Of a DNA stretch of 64,000 nt, positions 50,689 through 62,432 are shown in pieces (the stretch's first letter is position 1; every line of letters starts with the position of its first letter). Made by a program: the position numbers and the translations under genes. Location: the NCBI GenBank assembly GCA_030390025.1, contig CM059432.1, positions 67,210,001 through 67,274,000 of the forward strand. The letters run 5' to 3'. A model generated the notes under the pieces. It did no database searches, was not told where the DNA came from, and saw nothing but the letters and a program-made list of their open reading frames with translations. This stretch comes from Squalus acanthias. Taxonomy: Eukaryota.

Positions 50689-53600
50689 ACCGTTGCTATA
50701 GATTTCAGTTGAGGCAAGAAGCTTGCAAGCGCACAGTCAAAGTGGCCTGAGATTATTCCAATCAGGTCACACTCCAGATGGCTGTCAGCTTGAACAGTCA
50801 CAAGGTCAGTAGAGTTGCAAAATCTTATCCCAAACCTCCAACAACAAAGTTGTGGCATTTGAATGCCAGCCATTTTGCAAGAGCACTTTTAAAGAGCTGC
50901 AGCAATTGACAACAAATCATGTCCTCGAGAAACCCGACTCAATGCAGCTGGCGTGTTTCTCGGAAGATGGGAAACAGGAGCCAAAAGCACCAAAATCGGA
51001 ATCGCAACTTAAAATAGGATTAGCAAGGCTCTTAACTGCCTGTTCCGCCGTTTGCTGTCAGGCCAGTTCGGGAGCGGCTGACCCGACACTTACGAAATTA
51101 GCGTGGGGGCGGGTTGGAGGCGAGTTCGCAGCCAACCGGCATTTTTTCCAATTTTCGCTGCCAACCCGCCTACAAACCCGCCCTCTGAGTTCAGTTTAAA
51201 ATCGAGCCCTTTGTGTCTGTCTTCAGTGAAGAAGATGCAAAAAACTTCCCGGAAATAGTGGGAAACATGAGGAACTGAAAGAAATTAGTATTAGTTAAAA
51301 AATAGTTCTGGAGAAATTAATGGGACTGAAAGCCGATAAATCCCCTGGACCTGATGGCCTACATCCTAGGGTTTTGAAAGAAGTGGCTATAGAGATAGTG
51401 GATGCATTGGTTGTCATTTTCCAAAATTCCATTGATTCTAGAATGGTTCCCCCGGATTGGAAGGTAGCAAATGTAACCCCGCTATTTAAGAAAGGAGGGA
51501 GAGAGAAAACGGTTAGCCTGACATCAGTAGTAGGGAAAATGCTAGAATCTATTATTAAGGACGTGGTAACAGGGCACTTAGAAAATAATAATAGGATTGG
51601 GCAGAGTCAACACGGATTTACGAAAGGGAAATCGTGTTTGACAAATCTGTTACAGTTTTTTGAGGTAACTAGCAGAATACATAAGGGGGAACTAATGGAT
51701 GTGGTGTATTTGGATTTTCAGAAGGCATTCGATAAGGTGCCTCACAGGTTATTAAACAAAATTAGGGCTTATGGGATTGGGGGTAATATACTAGTATGGA
51801 TTGAGGATTGGTTAACGGACAGAAAACAGAGAGTAGGAATAAATGGGTAATTTTCGGGTTGGCAGGCTGTAACTAGTGGGGTACCGCAAGGATCAGTGCT
51901 TGGGCCTCAGCTATTCACAATCTATATCAATGATTTGGATGAGGGGACCAAATGTAATATATCCAAGTTTGCTGATGATACAAAGCTGGGTGGGAATGTA
52001 AGTTGTGAGGCGGATGCAAGAAGGCTTCAAGGGGATATAGACAGGCTATGTGAGTGGGCAAGAACATGACAAATGGAATATAATGTGGAGAAATGTAAAG
52101 TTATCTACTTTGGTAGGAAAAGTAGAAAAGCAGAGTATTTTTTGAATGGTGAGAGATTGAGCAATGTTGGTGTTCAGAGGGACCTGGATGTCCTTGTACA
52201 CAAATCAATGAAAGTTAACATGCAGGTACAGCAAGCAATTAGGAAAGCAAATGGTATGTTGGCCTTTATTACAAGAGGATTTGAGTATAAGAGTAAAGAC
52301 GTCTTACTGCAATTATATAGGGCCCTGGTGAGACCACACCTTGAGTATTGTGTACAGTTTTGGTCTCCTTACCTAAGGAGGGATATACTTGCCATAGAGG
52401 GAGGGCAATGAAGGTTCACCAGACTGGTTCCTGGGATGGGGGGGATTGTCCTGTGAGGAGAGATTGAGTAGACTAGGCCTATATTCTCTAGAGTTTAGAA
52501 GAATGAGAGGTGATCCCATTGAAACATACAAAATTCTTACAGGGCTTGACAGGGTAGATACAAGGAGGATGTTTCCCCTGGCTGGGGAGTCTAGAACCAG
52601 GGGTCACAGTCTCAGAATAAGGGTCAGCCATTTAGGACTGAGATGAGGAGATATTTCTTCACTCAGAGGGTGGTGAATCTTTGAAATTCTCCACCCCAGA
52701 GGGCTGTAGAGGCTCAGTTGTTGAGTATATTCAAGACAGAGATCAATAGACTTTTGGATATGAAGGGAATCAAGGGATATGGGGATAATGCAGGAAAGTG
52801 GAGATGAGGTAGAAGATCATCCATGATCTTATTGAATGGCAGAGCAGGCTCGAGGGGCCAAATGGCCTACTGCTGCTCCTTTTTCTTATGTTCTTATTAT
52901 CACAGCATCCTCTTGGCCACGATGCTGAAATAAAAGCCACCACAAAGCAAACATTCTAATCCAACTTTATACATCTATCCATCCAGTAAGACATCAAGAA
53001 ATCAACTCGTCACCCTTATACATTCCCTTAGTGACTGTCTCGTGTGTGCCTTTGCCTATCCTAGTGATGTCACGCAGTGCTACCCCAGTGGCTGCAGCAT
53101 GGCTGGTGGAAGGCTGCTGACGTTCAGTGGGGGACAATTTTTGTCGGTCGACCTTGAGGAGCTGGTGGCTGGGAATGTGAAATTGAGTGACAATGATTCT
53201 TCTTCTTCACTCTCCTCTCCCTCTTCTTGATCAACCACTGGCTAGACAGGCTGCATTGCTTGGGTGTGTGAAATTAGGAAGGCATAAGGGTGGAGTTGTG
53301 GTGAGAGGAGGGCGGGAATGCAAGAGGTGCATGCGAGAAGGAGTATAACTTATGAGGATACCAGCGTCTTGTATCCTTTCTGCCCCGCAGCTGGCCAGGG
53401 GCTCAGCCATGCCCCTGCCAAGAATGGCCTGCACTACCTCCTCTAAGGGGATAAGTGAGGCTAGGAATGGGAGGTGTGCCTCGTCATTGGTACAGATTAC
53501 TAGTAGGTGAGTGATTGGAGAGTGCGGGGAGTCGTGCATTGAGAAGTGTGTGAGGCTAGTGATGCAGTTGGTAGGAGACGGCTTTTGAAGATGCATTCAC

Positions 53601-54825
53601 TGACCTTGACCAGTGGTCTGAGGTCATGAAGCTTCTTTGGGCACTGGAGCCAGGTCGTGGGGGCAACACTGCTGGCAATGACGGCATCGGTGACCTGGTA
53701 TCACTTCCTTCTTTCTGGAGGGCCCCCTGGCCCCTGTGGGTAGAGGACCTGTCTTGCAGTGTTGACCTCCTGCACAAAACTGGAGTGCTACGTGCGAGAC
53801 CCTGGATGCCCCTTCCCTGGCTTGCTGAGCCATTTGTGTTGGTGCTGAAGCACTTTTACCATTTTTTATGTGCAGAAGGCAGTTCAGCTTTAATAGTTGA
53901 AGACTCCCATTTGGGATTTCTTTTTAATGTTAATTTTTTTTAAAGGCAGTAAGGGCCTTAATTTTTATTTTTATTAGTTCAAAAGGCATTGCCCTTTTAA
54001 TGCATTGCCTTTTTAATGTCCCACGATGCCTAGTGAACTCATTGCCTCGCTTCCAGAGGCTGTTGGAAGGTGGAACGCCGCTTCTAAAAGGCAACTTCAC
54101 CTTCGATGCCTGCAGTAACGCCACCAGGTGAGTTAGTGCTGGGCAAATAATCTTTAGTCCCCAGAGCGACATTTTCTCATCATTTCAACCATTTTTAGCG
54201 GCCGTTACCCCGAGGCCACGATGACACCGGCAACTCTTATGCCAGCCACAAATTTTTAGCCCTAAGTTCCTGCAATGCTTCAGAACCTCAGAGGCCCCAA
54301 AAGGGAACAATTAAAAGTCTGGAGTCACATTGCTGCAGGTTCCTAGAAGATATTAAAATTTAAAATGTCTTAATTTTTTTTCTTACTTTTCCTTTCTATC
54401 TCTTTTTTTTAATCTCTCTCTTAATCAAATCTTTCTTTCCTTCTCTTTATTTCTCTTTCTGTATCTAATTTGACCCTAATTCACCCTATTTCCTTCTCGG
54501 TCATTCCTCTGTTTCTTTATCCCTAATTTAATTAGTTAAGGTGATAAACCATTGGTCCCATCATTCACCAAGGTCCCTGATGCCCCATTGACCTCGCCCC
54601 GCCATTAGCAGCTGGCACTTCTAGCAATTTGCGGGCAAAAAAATTTCCAGCTGAAGGGTGAGGAAAAAAATCTAACAAATGGGGCACGCTGTAAGATCTC
54701 CCGCTCCAGCAAATTCTGAACCATTGCTTCACCCACTCCACAGATGTGGAAGAAAGTCAGAAAAATAATGTTAAACTTGAAGAAAAGCTCAAATGTAAGC
54801 AGTGAATATGCATCTAATTGACATA

Positions 54826-57823
54826 TTCCTGCTGACCTTGTCTTCTAGGTTGTAGAGGTCGTGGGTTTGGGAGGTGCTGTCGAAGAAGCCTTGGCGAATT
54901 GCTGCAGCGCATCTTGTTGATGGTACACACTGCAACCACTGTGCGCCGGTGGTGGAGGGAGTGAATGTTTAAGGTGCTGGATGGGGTGCCAATCAAGCGG
55001 GCTGCTTTGTCTTGGATGGTGTCGAGCTTCTTGAGCGTTGTTGGAGCTGCACTCATCCAGGCAAGAGGAGAGTATTCCATCAGACTCCTGACTTGTGCCT
55101 TGTAGATGGTGGAAAGACTTTGGGGAGTCAGCAGGGGAGACACTCATTGCAGAATACCCAGCCTCTGGCCTGCTCTTGTAGCCACAGCATTTATCTGGCT
55201 GATCCAGTTAAGGTTCTGGTCAATGGTGACCCCCCAGGATGTTGATGGTGGGGGATTCGGCGATGGTAATGTCGTTGAATGTCAAGGGGCGGTGATTCGA
55301 CTCCCTCTCGTTGGAGATAGACATTGCCTGGCACTTGTGTGGTGAGAATGTAACTTGCCACTTAACAACCAAAGTCTGAATATGTCGCCCATGTCTTGCT
55401 GCATGCGGGCATGGACTGCTTCATTATCTGAGGAGTTGTGAATGAAACTGAACACTGTGCAATCATCAGCGAACATCCCCTCTTCTGACCTTACGATGGA
55501 GGGAAGGTTATTGATGAAGCAGCTGAAGATGATTGGGCCTAGAGCACTACCCTTAGGAACTCCTGCAGCGATGTCTTGGGGCTGAGATGATTGGCCTCCA
55601 ACAACCACAACCATCTTCCTTTGTGCTAGGTATGACTCCAGCCAGTGGAGAGTTTTCCCCTATTCCCATTGACTTCAATTTTATTAGGGCTCCTTGATGC
55701 CACATTCAGTGCTGCCTTGATGTCAAGGGCAATCACTCTCACCTCACCTCTGGAATTCAGCTCTTTTATTCATGTTTAGACCAAGGCTGTAATGAGATCT
55801 GGAGCCAAGCGGTCCTGGCAGAACCCAAACTGAGCATTGGTGAGCAGGGTATTGGTGAGTAAGTGCCGCTTTATAGCACTGTCAATGACACCTTCCATCA
55901 CTTTGCTGGTAATGGAGAGTAGATTGATGGGGCAGTAATTGGCCAGATTGGATTTGTCCTGCCTTTTGTGGACAGGACATACCTGGGCAGTTTTCCACAT
56001 TGTAGATGCCGGAACAGCTTGGCTAGAAGCGCAGCTAGTTCTCGAGCACAAGTCTTCAGCACGACAGCCGGGATGTTGTCGGGGCCCATAGCATTTGCTG
56101 TATCCAGTGCGCTCAGCCGTTACTTGCTATCACGTGGAGTGAATCAAATTGGCTGAAGACTAGCTTCTGGGATGGTGGGGACCTCAGGAGGAGGCCGATA
56201 TGAATCATCCACTCGGCACTTCTGGCTGAAGATGGTTGCAAACACTTCAGCCTTGTCTTTTGCACTCGTGTGCTGGGCTCCGCCATCATTGAGGATGGGG
56301 ATGTTCATGGAGCCTCCTCCTCCCATTAGTTATTTAACTGTCCACCACCGTTCAAAACTGGATGTGGTAGGACTGCAGAGCTTTGATCTGATCCATTGGT
56401 TGTGAGATCATTTAGCTTTGTCTATAGGATGCTGCTTCCGCTGTTTAGCATGCATGTAGTCCTATGTTGCATCTTCTCCAGGTTGGCACCTTCATTTTAT
56501 GTACACCTGGTGCTGCTCCTGGCATCCTCTTCTACACACCTCATTGAACCAGGGTTGGTCCCTTGGTTTTATGGTAATGGTCGAGTGAGGGACATGCCGT
56601 GCCATGAGGTTGCAGATTGTGGTGGAATACAATTCTGCTGCTGTTGCTCCACCGCGCCTTATGGATGCCCAGTTTTGAGCTGCTAGATCTGTTCTGAATC
56701 TATCCCATTTAGTGCGGTGGTAGTGCCACACAACACGATGGAGGGTGTACTCAGTGTGAAGACGGGACTTCATCTCCACAAGGACTGTGCGGTCACCGCT
56801 ACCAATACTGTCATGGACAGATGCATCTGCGACAGGTAGATTGGTGAGGACGAGGTCAAGTAGGTTTTTCCCTCGTGTTGGTTCTCTCTGCACCTGCTGC
56901 AGGCCCAATCTGGCAGCTATGTCCTTCAGGACTCGGCCAGCTCAGTCAGTAGTGGTGCTACCGAGCCACTCTTGGTGATAGACATTGAAGTCCCCCACCC
57001 AGAGTACATTCTGTGCCCTTGCTATACTCAGTGTTTCTTCCAAGTGGTATTCAACGTAGAGGAGTACTGATTCTTCAGTTGAGGGAGGGCGGTAGGTGGT
57101 AATCAGCGGGAGGTTCCTTGCTTGACCTGAAGCCGTCAGACTTCATGGGGTCCGGAGTCAATGTTGAGTACCCTCAGGGCCACTCCCTCCTGACTGTATA
57201 CCACCTCTGTCCTGTGGGTGGGTCTGTCCTGCCAGTGTGACAGGCATACCCAGGGATGGTGATGGAGGAGTCTGGGACATTAGCTGAAAGCTATGATTCT
57301 GTGAGTATGACTGTCAGGCTGTTGTTTGACTAGTCTGGGACAGCTCTCCCAATTTTGGCACAAGTCCCCAGATGTTAGCGAGGAGGACTTTGCCAGGTCG
57401 ACTGGGCTGGGTGTGCCTTTGTCATGTCCAAAGCCGGTGTCTAGGTGGTCCATCTGGTTTTATTCTTATTATTGTTTTTTGTAGCGGATTAGTACAACTG
57501 AGTGGCTTGCTAGGCCATTTCAGAGTCAATCACATTGCTGTGGGTCTGGAGTCACATATAGGCCAGACCAGGTAAGGGCAATCATGGAACTACCGGATTG
57601 TCGTAAAAACCCACTACTAGTGAACCAGATGGGTTTTTATGACAATCCGCTAGTTTCATGGTCAACATTACTGATGCTAGCTTCTTTTTTATATTCCAGA
57701 TTTATTTATTTATTTAACTGAATTTAGAATTCCGTGGTGGGATTTGAACTCACATCTCCGGATCATTTGTGCATGCCTCTGGATTACTAGTCCAATAACA
57801 TAACCGCTATGCTACCGTACCCC
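54826..57823 (-). mobile_element. Family A LINE with intact 5' end (tRNA-derived head plus APE-RT, no ORF1), lacking its 3' tail
   Basis: Head 57823-~57500 leads into KVLLANIWGLVPKLGELS (APE start), then GDFN, LDLVLTN, GPDNIP and MFADD motifs. Confidence 0.85.
57740..57814 (-). promoter_or_regulatory. Pol III type-2 internal promoter (tRNA-like head)
   Basis: A-box TAGCATAGCGG (57804-57814); B-box AGTTCAAATCC (57740-57750); anticodon-like arm TGGA-CTAGTAA-TCCA. Confidence 0.8.
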
Positions 57824-58103
57824 TTGTTAAATGAATATATGCTATCTGGGGAATGTAAAGGAAATCACAGCAGATAAAAACTGACAGTAAAACAAAATCC
57901 AACAGTGTCGGTTTTGACTATAATGTCTGAGAAGTGCAGAATTAAGCCATTGCCTTTCACTATCCATGATGTCAAATATAATATGCTGTATGTTTGCATT
58001 ATCAGTGTGCTACACCTTTTTAAACAATGTATATAGGTCTTTTCAAGAAATTCTGCCTGTAGTGTGTAGCTGCGCTCTGGCAGAGGGCCAGCTTAGAGAC
58101 AAT

Positions 58104-58837
58104 GGGCCAGAAATTCAGCTTTCAGGCTTCCTGCGGGTGCAAGCATCGCGCACGTACTTGCCTACCACGCCTGCAGTTGTGCTTTGGGCCCACGAGGACT
58201 TCGGGTCCTGGGCCTCCTCCAGCTGCCGGCGCGCAGTGCTTGTGTATCCCAGGGGTGCAGTTAGTTCGAAGCGTCCCCTGGGATCACGTGGGCCATGGAG
58301 AGCCAATCCTAGCAGGGCATTTTCATTCATAGATTTGACAGGAAGACCTGTCAAATCTATGAATAGAGATCAGCCCCAAAACCACACTTAAACTTCAAAT
58401 AAATTGAAAAAAAAAACATCACATTTTTAAAATAACTATAAGTTAAATAAATTAACTACTTTAAACAAAAATTAAAATTTTTGAAAAAATTAATTATACT
58501 TTTTAACGGTGCTAAAAATAAACTTACCTTTCTTTAAAGTATCTAAAAAAGATAAACCTGTTGAAAAAATGTTTAAATTGTAATTAATTAACCACTTACC
58601 TTGTTAAAAACAGGCCTTGCGCCTCCTTTTTAAAAGTGCAGCTTCTTCATACTTACCTTCCCGGAGAAACCTGAAAAAAAACTGAAGTTCGCTGCGTGCG
58701 CGCAGCCTCTCCCGCGCACGCGTTCGACTTCTGAACCGCTCCCTTCAGGGGAACGGAAGTTCCGGTTTCCCACGCATGCGCATTGCATGCAGGAAACCGG
58801 CACTTCAGGTGGCCTTACGGGTGAGTACACAGCACCC
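58104..58837. mobile_element. Harbinger-type MITE, hairpin-array family, copy 3 (right end lost)
   Basis: aat-GGGCCAGAAATTC start; colinear with 45037-45801; followed by a SINE tail. Confidence 0.8.
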
Positions 58838-59844
58838 TTTAGCAATAGCAATAGCAACAAATTGCATTTATATAGTGAATTTCACGTAGAGAAACATCCC
58901 AAGGCACTTCACAGAAATGTTTGCTTTCAAAATTCAAACACTAGATCAGGCTGCAAGGGAGCAGACACCACTGCTGCCTGCTCCCAACGCACAATGTCAA
59001 TTTCTTCAGGGTAGAGACCTGGCATTACCATCTATCCCAATCCCTCAGGAAATTCAAGATACCAGTTGAAAGTTTGAAATGTTACCTTTCAATAGTCCTG
59101 TTTACGTCTTTGGCGTCCAAGAAAATTCACAATTTACCAGACCTTCTGCCAAAAATTATTAATGATTACCCAATTGCTTTAATTTTTGACCTCCAGCTAT
59201 TACATCTACATATGATTCCCCAAAGTGACTTTTTTCCATTTCATGCACCTGATTATGCCTGTTTTGTAATTGTTACTTCTTGCATACTGGTTTATTCTGA
59301 CACACATTATGTATGCCTTATCCAGAGACTAGGGGGTAAAAATTCAGTTGGTTGCGCCTCCCGTTAGCGCCTTAAGAGGGCGCTAATGGGGCGCAAAGCC
59401 GCTAACGCCCGGGCGCAGCGATGTTTGCGCCGCTCGGGAACTTAACTAGAGATTGTGCGGCGGCGCTAAAACTTACCGCTGCGACCACCTGCGCGCGCAG
59501 ATTGTGACGTCATTCCATGGTGCAACGCCCTTGTGGCGCCCCGGAGCGGAAATTGAGTGGCGCCCCCTGCCTTACCGCCTGGCGCATCCAACGACCGGAA
59601 GACTGGAACGCTATCAATCGCTGTGGGGCTGGGGGGGGGCGCTATTTAAAGGGGGCCTCTTCCTGTCTTTTTCTGTGGTCGACATTTTTGCACCACTCGT
59701 TCTGAGAGAGAGAGAGAGATTCGGAGAGAGAGAAAGAGAGACTTCTACATTGACTCAACGCTTTGTGAGGTAGTTTTGCTTATTGATCCTAACTTCGCTG
59801 GTCCTTTAGTTGCTGTCCTTCATTACTTTGCTTGCAAAGAGAAT

Positions 59845-60996
59845 ATGGGGGCTGCACTGATTGGGGGCGTCGTCCTGCTCCAGCTGAATCGGAGGATACA
59901 GAGACGCAGAGAGAGAGTGGCAATGATGGCCAGACGGAGGAGGGCCATCAGGCGTATGTACAGGAGAGCTTACCCTCCCAGGGTATATCGTGAACAGCTC
60001 TCCTACATCCATATGTCTGAGGAGCTGTGTTTGCAAAGGCTGCGATTCAGCAAGGAGGTGGTCACTGAGCTCTGCCACCTGCTGCAGCCAGATCTGCAGC
60101 CTCAACTGAGGTCCAGGACGTCTCTGTCGGTGGCAGTGAAGGTCACAGTGGCTCTCAACTTTTACGCTACTGGCTCATTTCAAGCTGCTGCTGGGGACCT
60201 CGCCAATATCTCCCAGTTCGCGGTGCATTGCTGCATCCGGCAGGTCACAAATGCCCTCTTTAAAAGGAGACGAGAGTTCATCTCTTTCCCCATGACCCCA
60301 GACAAGCAGCGTGACCGCACTCTGGGCTTTGCGAGGGTAGCGGGCTTCCCCATGGTGCAGGGCGCCATTGACTGCACGCATGTGGCTTTGCGTGCTCCGC
60401 ATGAGAATGCCGAGGAATTCAGGAACAGAAAGGGGTTCCATTCCTTGAATGTTCAGTTGGTCTGTGACCACAGACAGCTGATACTCGCTGTCAATGCCCA
60501 GTATCCTGGCAGCTGCCACGATGCTTTTATCCTGCGCCAGACTACTGTGACAGGACTTTTCGAGGCACCGCATCAGCCAGTTGGTTGGCTTCTCGGGGAC
60601 AAGGGGTATGCATTGAGCACCTGGCTGATGACACCGCTCCGTACGCCCAACACCCCTGCTGAGCTGCGGTACAATGAGAGCCATCAAGCTACCAGGAACA
60701 TAATTGAGCGCACAATCGGCGTGCTGAAGCAACGGTTCCGCTGTCTCGACCATTCTGGAGGAGCCCTGCAGTACTCGCCTGAGCGAGTATCGAACTTCGT
60801 AGTCGTGTGCTGCATGTTGCATAACATGGCAATCCTCAGGACCCAGCCAATGCCACCAGGCCTTGGAGCACCACCAGAGGAGGAGGAGGAAGAGGACGAG
60901 GAGGATGATCATCAGCAGCACCAAGGCGGGAGGGCGGCCCACAATGGTCAAACTGCAAGGGCCGTCCGTCAACGGCTAATAGCAAGCCGCTTCTAG
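59845..60996 (+). CDS. Harbinger DDE transposase (HARBI1-like), 383 aa from the first ATG
   Basis: Open frame with [57 protein letters not shown]-like TATTTAAA at 59643. Confidence 0.93.
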   Translation: MGAALIGGVVLLQLNRRIQRRRERVAMMARRRRAIRRMYRRAYPPRVYREQLSYIHMSEELCLQRLRFSKEVVTELCHLLQPDLQPQLRSRTSLSVAVKVTVALNFYATGSFQAAAGDLANISQFAVHCCIRQVTNALFKRRREFISFPMTPDKQRDRTLGFARVAGFPMVQGAIDCTHVALRAPHENAEEFRNRKGFHSLNVQLVCDHRQLILAVNAQYPGSCHDAFILRQTTVTGLFEAPHQPVGWLLGDKGYALSTWLMTPLRTPNTPAELRYNESHQATRNIIERTIGVLKQRFRCLDHSGGALQYSPERVSNFVVVCCMLHNMAILRTQPMPPGLGAPPEEEEEEDEEDDHQQHQGGRAAHNGQTARAVRQRLIASRF

Positions 60997-61290
60997 GGCC
61001 CCTGCCATTGGTAACAACATTAATGAACCCAGCACGCAACCCCTAAGCCGGCCAAGGCACCAATAATTCCAACCACCAACCATGTATATTTTGAATACAG
61101 AAACTTATTTATTTTACAAACTCTGTGTGTGTCAATTCCTCATGACAAACTCATAGAAATAAACACAAAAAAACAGTCAATAACATAACTGGTTCTCACA
61201 ACCTGGAGATAATGTCCAAAACACTAAACAAAAGTTGGACCATGAACCTCGACCTTTAATAAAAAAATGACCAGCATTTTGTCACACCTC

Positions 61291-62273
61291 CTACTTTTTG
61301 CCCTTCGAGGGTGATCTCCTTCCCTTGCGCACTTCCCCCCTTCTAACCCTACTGCTCCTCCGTAATGAGACCTCAGTGGCTGCAGCAAGGCTGGTGGAAG
61401 GCTGCTGCTCGTCAGACCCTGACACTGCAGATGCCCCTGAAAGACGGCCTCGACCAGTTCTGGGCCTGGAGGGCCCGGCTGCAGACTGCACCAACTCTGC
61501 ATGGGCGGCAGCAGTCTGTCCTACAGGCGGTGGCAAGTGCAGTGGAGAAGTGACAGTGTTGGCAGCAGGAATGCTGTCATCGTGAGAGAGGACAGCAACT
61601 CCCTGCTCGCCCGACACACTGGCACTCCCACGGGGCAGCACTTCAGCATCCGGAGCAATCTGCCGGAGAACAGATTGCTGGCCTGCTGCGGCGCGGTGAC
61701 AGCCCCGGGGACATGTGCACGAACCATCGAGGTTGGCAGCAGTCTGTGCTCGCGTGGCCTCAATCTGAGTCTGTATGAGAGCAGTCAGAGATGGGATCAC
61801 GGCAGCCAGTGACTGAATTGCAGCACTAAGCGTTAGTGTGGCATCCGCCTGTGCTACAGCGAAGTGCTCCACACTCCTTGCCAGTGACTCAATGCATTCG
61901 GGCACCCTTCCCACTGCACCCATGAGCTCAGTGTGCATGCCCACCGCCTGGGTGTTCATTTCTGCGATCAGCCGCTCCTCCTCTGCGTCCATTGCAGTAG
62001 GAGTGTCTGGCATACTCTCCCTCTGGGGAGAAGGCCCCCGTTCTTCCCTACCCCCCCCCCCATGGCGTTGCTGCAGCCCGCTGGGTCCTGGAGCTTCACC
62101 CTCATCAGACCCTTCCCCCCTGCTCCCCTCCAGGGAAGGCGTGTTCCCAGTGTGGGCATGGGCTTCCTCGGGAGAGGGTGGCACTGATGCTCCGGCTTCC
62201 TCTTCCTCCTCAGCTGCAGCATCACTCCCAGTGGCAGCTTCAGGGCCCGTCTCCTCAGCTGGTGAATCACCAT
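61291..62273 (-). CDS. Harbinger Myb/SANT protein exon 3
   Basis: Acceptor ctttcag|; phase 1 joins exon 2 and is in frame with ORF 61291-62184; basic tail RRSSRVRR..KGKK*. Confidence 0.8.
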
Positions 62274-62432
62274 CTGAAAGCAGGGAGGTACAAGAGTGGC
62301 TTTAGCGTGAGGACAGGGTGGCAGTAAGGGAGGAATAAGTGCAGCGAGTTAGCAAGTTGGATTGAAAGTGTCAAAGGCTGGTGTTGTGAGGGACAAGTGG
62401 AAGGACAGAGGACAAAAAGGTGATGACCTTAC

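Larger units (their letters stand above)
46918..51209. mobile_element. Full-length but mutated PIF/Harbinger transposon (4292 bp)
   Basis: Perfect 14-bp TIR GGGCTCGATTTTAA; TSD TTT; removal restores CR1 N-K-Y-F-V-S-V-F; convergent Myb and transposase genes. Confidence 0.95.
41590..52897 (+). mobile_element. Near full-length CR1 LINE (5'UTR, ORF1, ORF2, tail) with three nested insertions
   Basis: Duplicated 5'UTR unit (41632, 41895); ORF1; APE (YLNARSIRNK, ITETWL, MGDFN, SDHN); RT (GPDG, FQKAFDKVPH, FADD); tail TTCTTATGTTCTTAT. Confidence 0.9.
40776..54262. mobile_element. Decayed Harbinger deletion derivative with a Myb/SANT gene remnant (minus, ~53030-53833), split by CR1
   Basis: Termini GGACTAAAAAT / ATTTTTAGCCC; flanks TAT/TAA; remnant MAQQAREGASRVSHVAL...KSFMTSDHWSR|gtcagt resembles the Myb exon 1 of the other two Harbingers. 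Confidence 0.6.
40503..54722. mobile_element. MITE (29869-30608-related), outermost shell of a nested cluster (own sequence ~40503-40775 and ~54263-54722)
   Basis: Both parts resemble consecutive parts of 29869-30608; ends CCAGCAAATTCTGAACC. Confidence 0.55.

Noticed and set aside
57735..57823. Functional tRNA-Thr(AGT) gene
   Set aside because: Over-long variable region, poor acceptor stem, no T-run terminator, and contiguous with a retroelement.
60175..60972. Long antisense ORF to the transposase (and similar antisense ORFs over LINEs)
   Set aside because: No recognisable motifs; expected shadows of GC-rich coding frames.
59776..60996. Domesticated host gene HARBI1, and the ORF-track start at 59776
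   Set aside because: The ORF lies inside TIRs and a TSD with a convergent Myb partner, so it is a transposon gene; 59776 is a TTG and the first ATG is at 59845.
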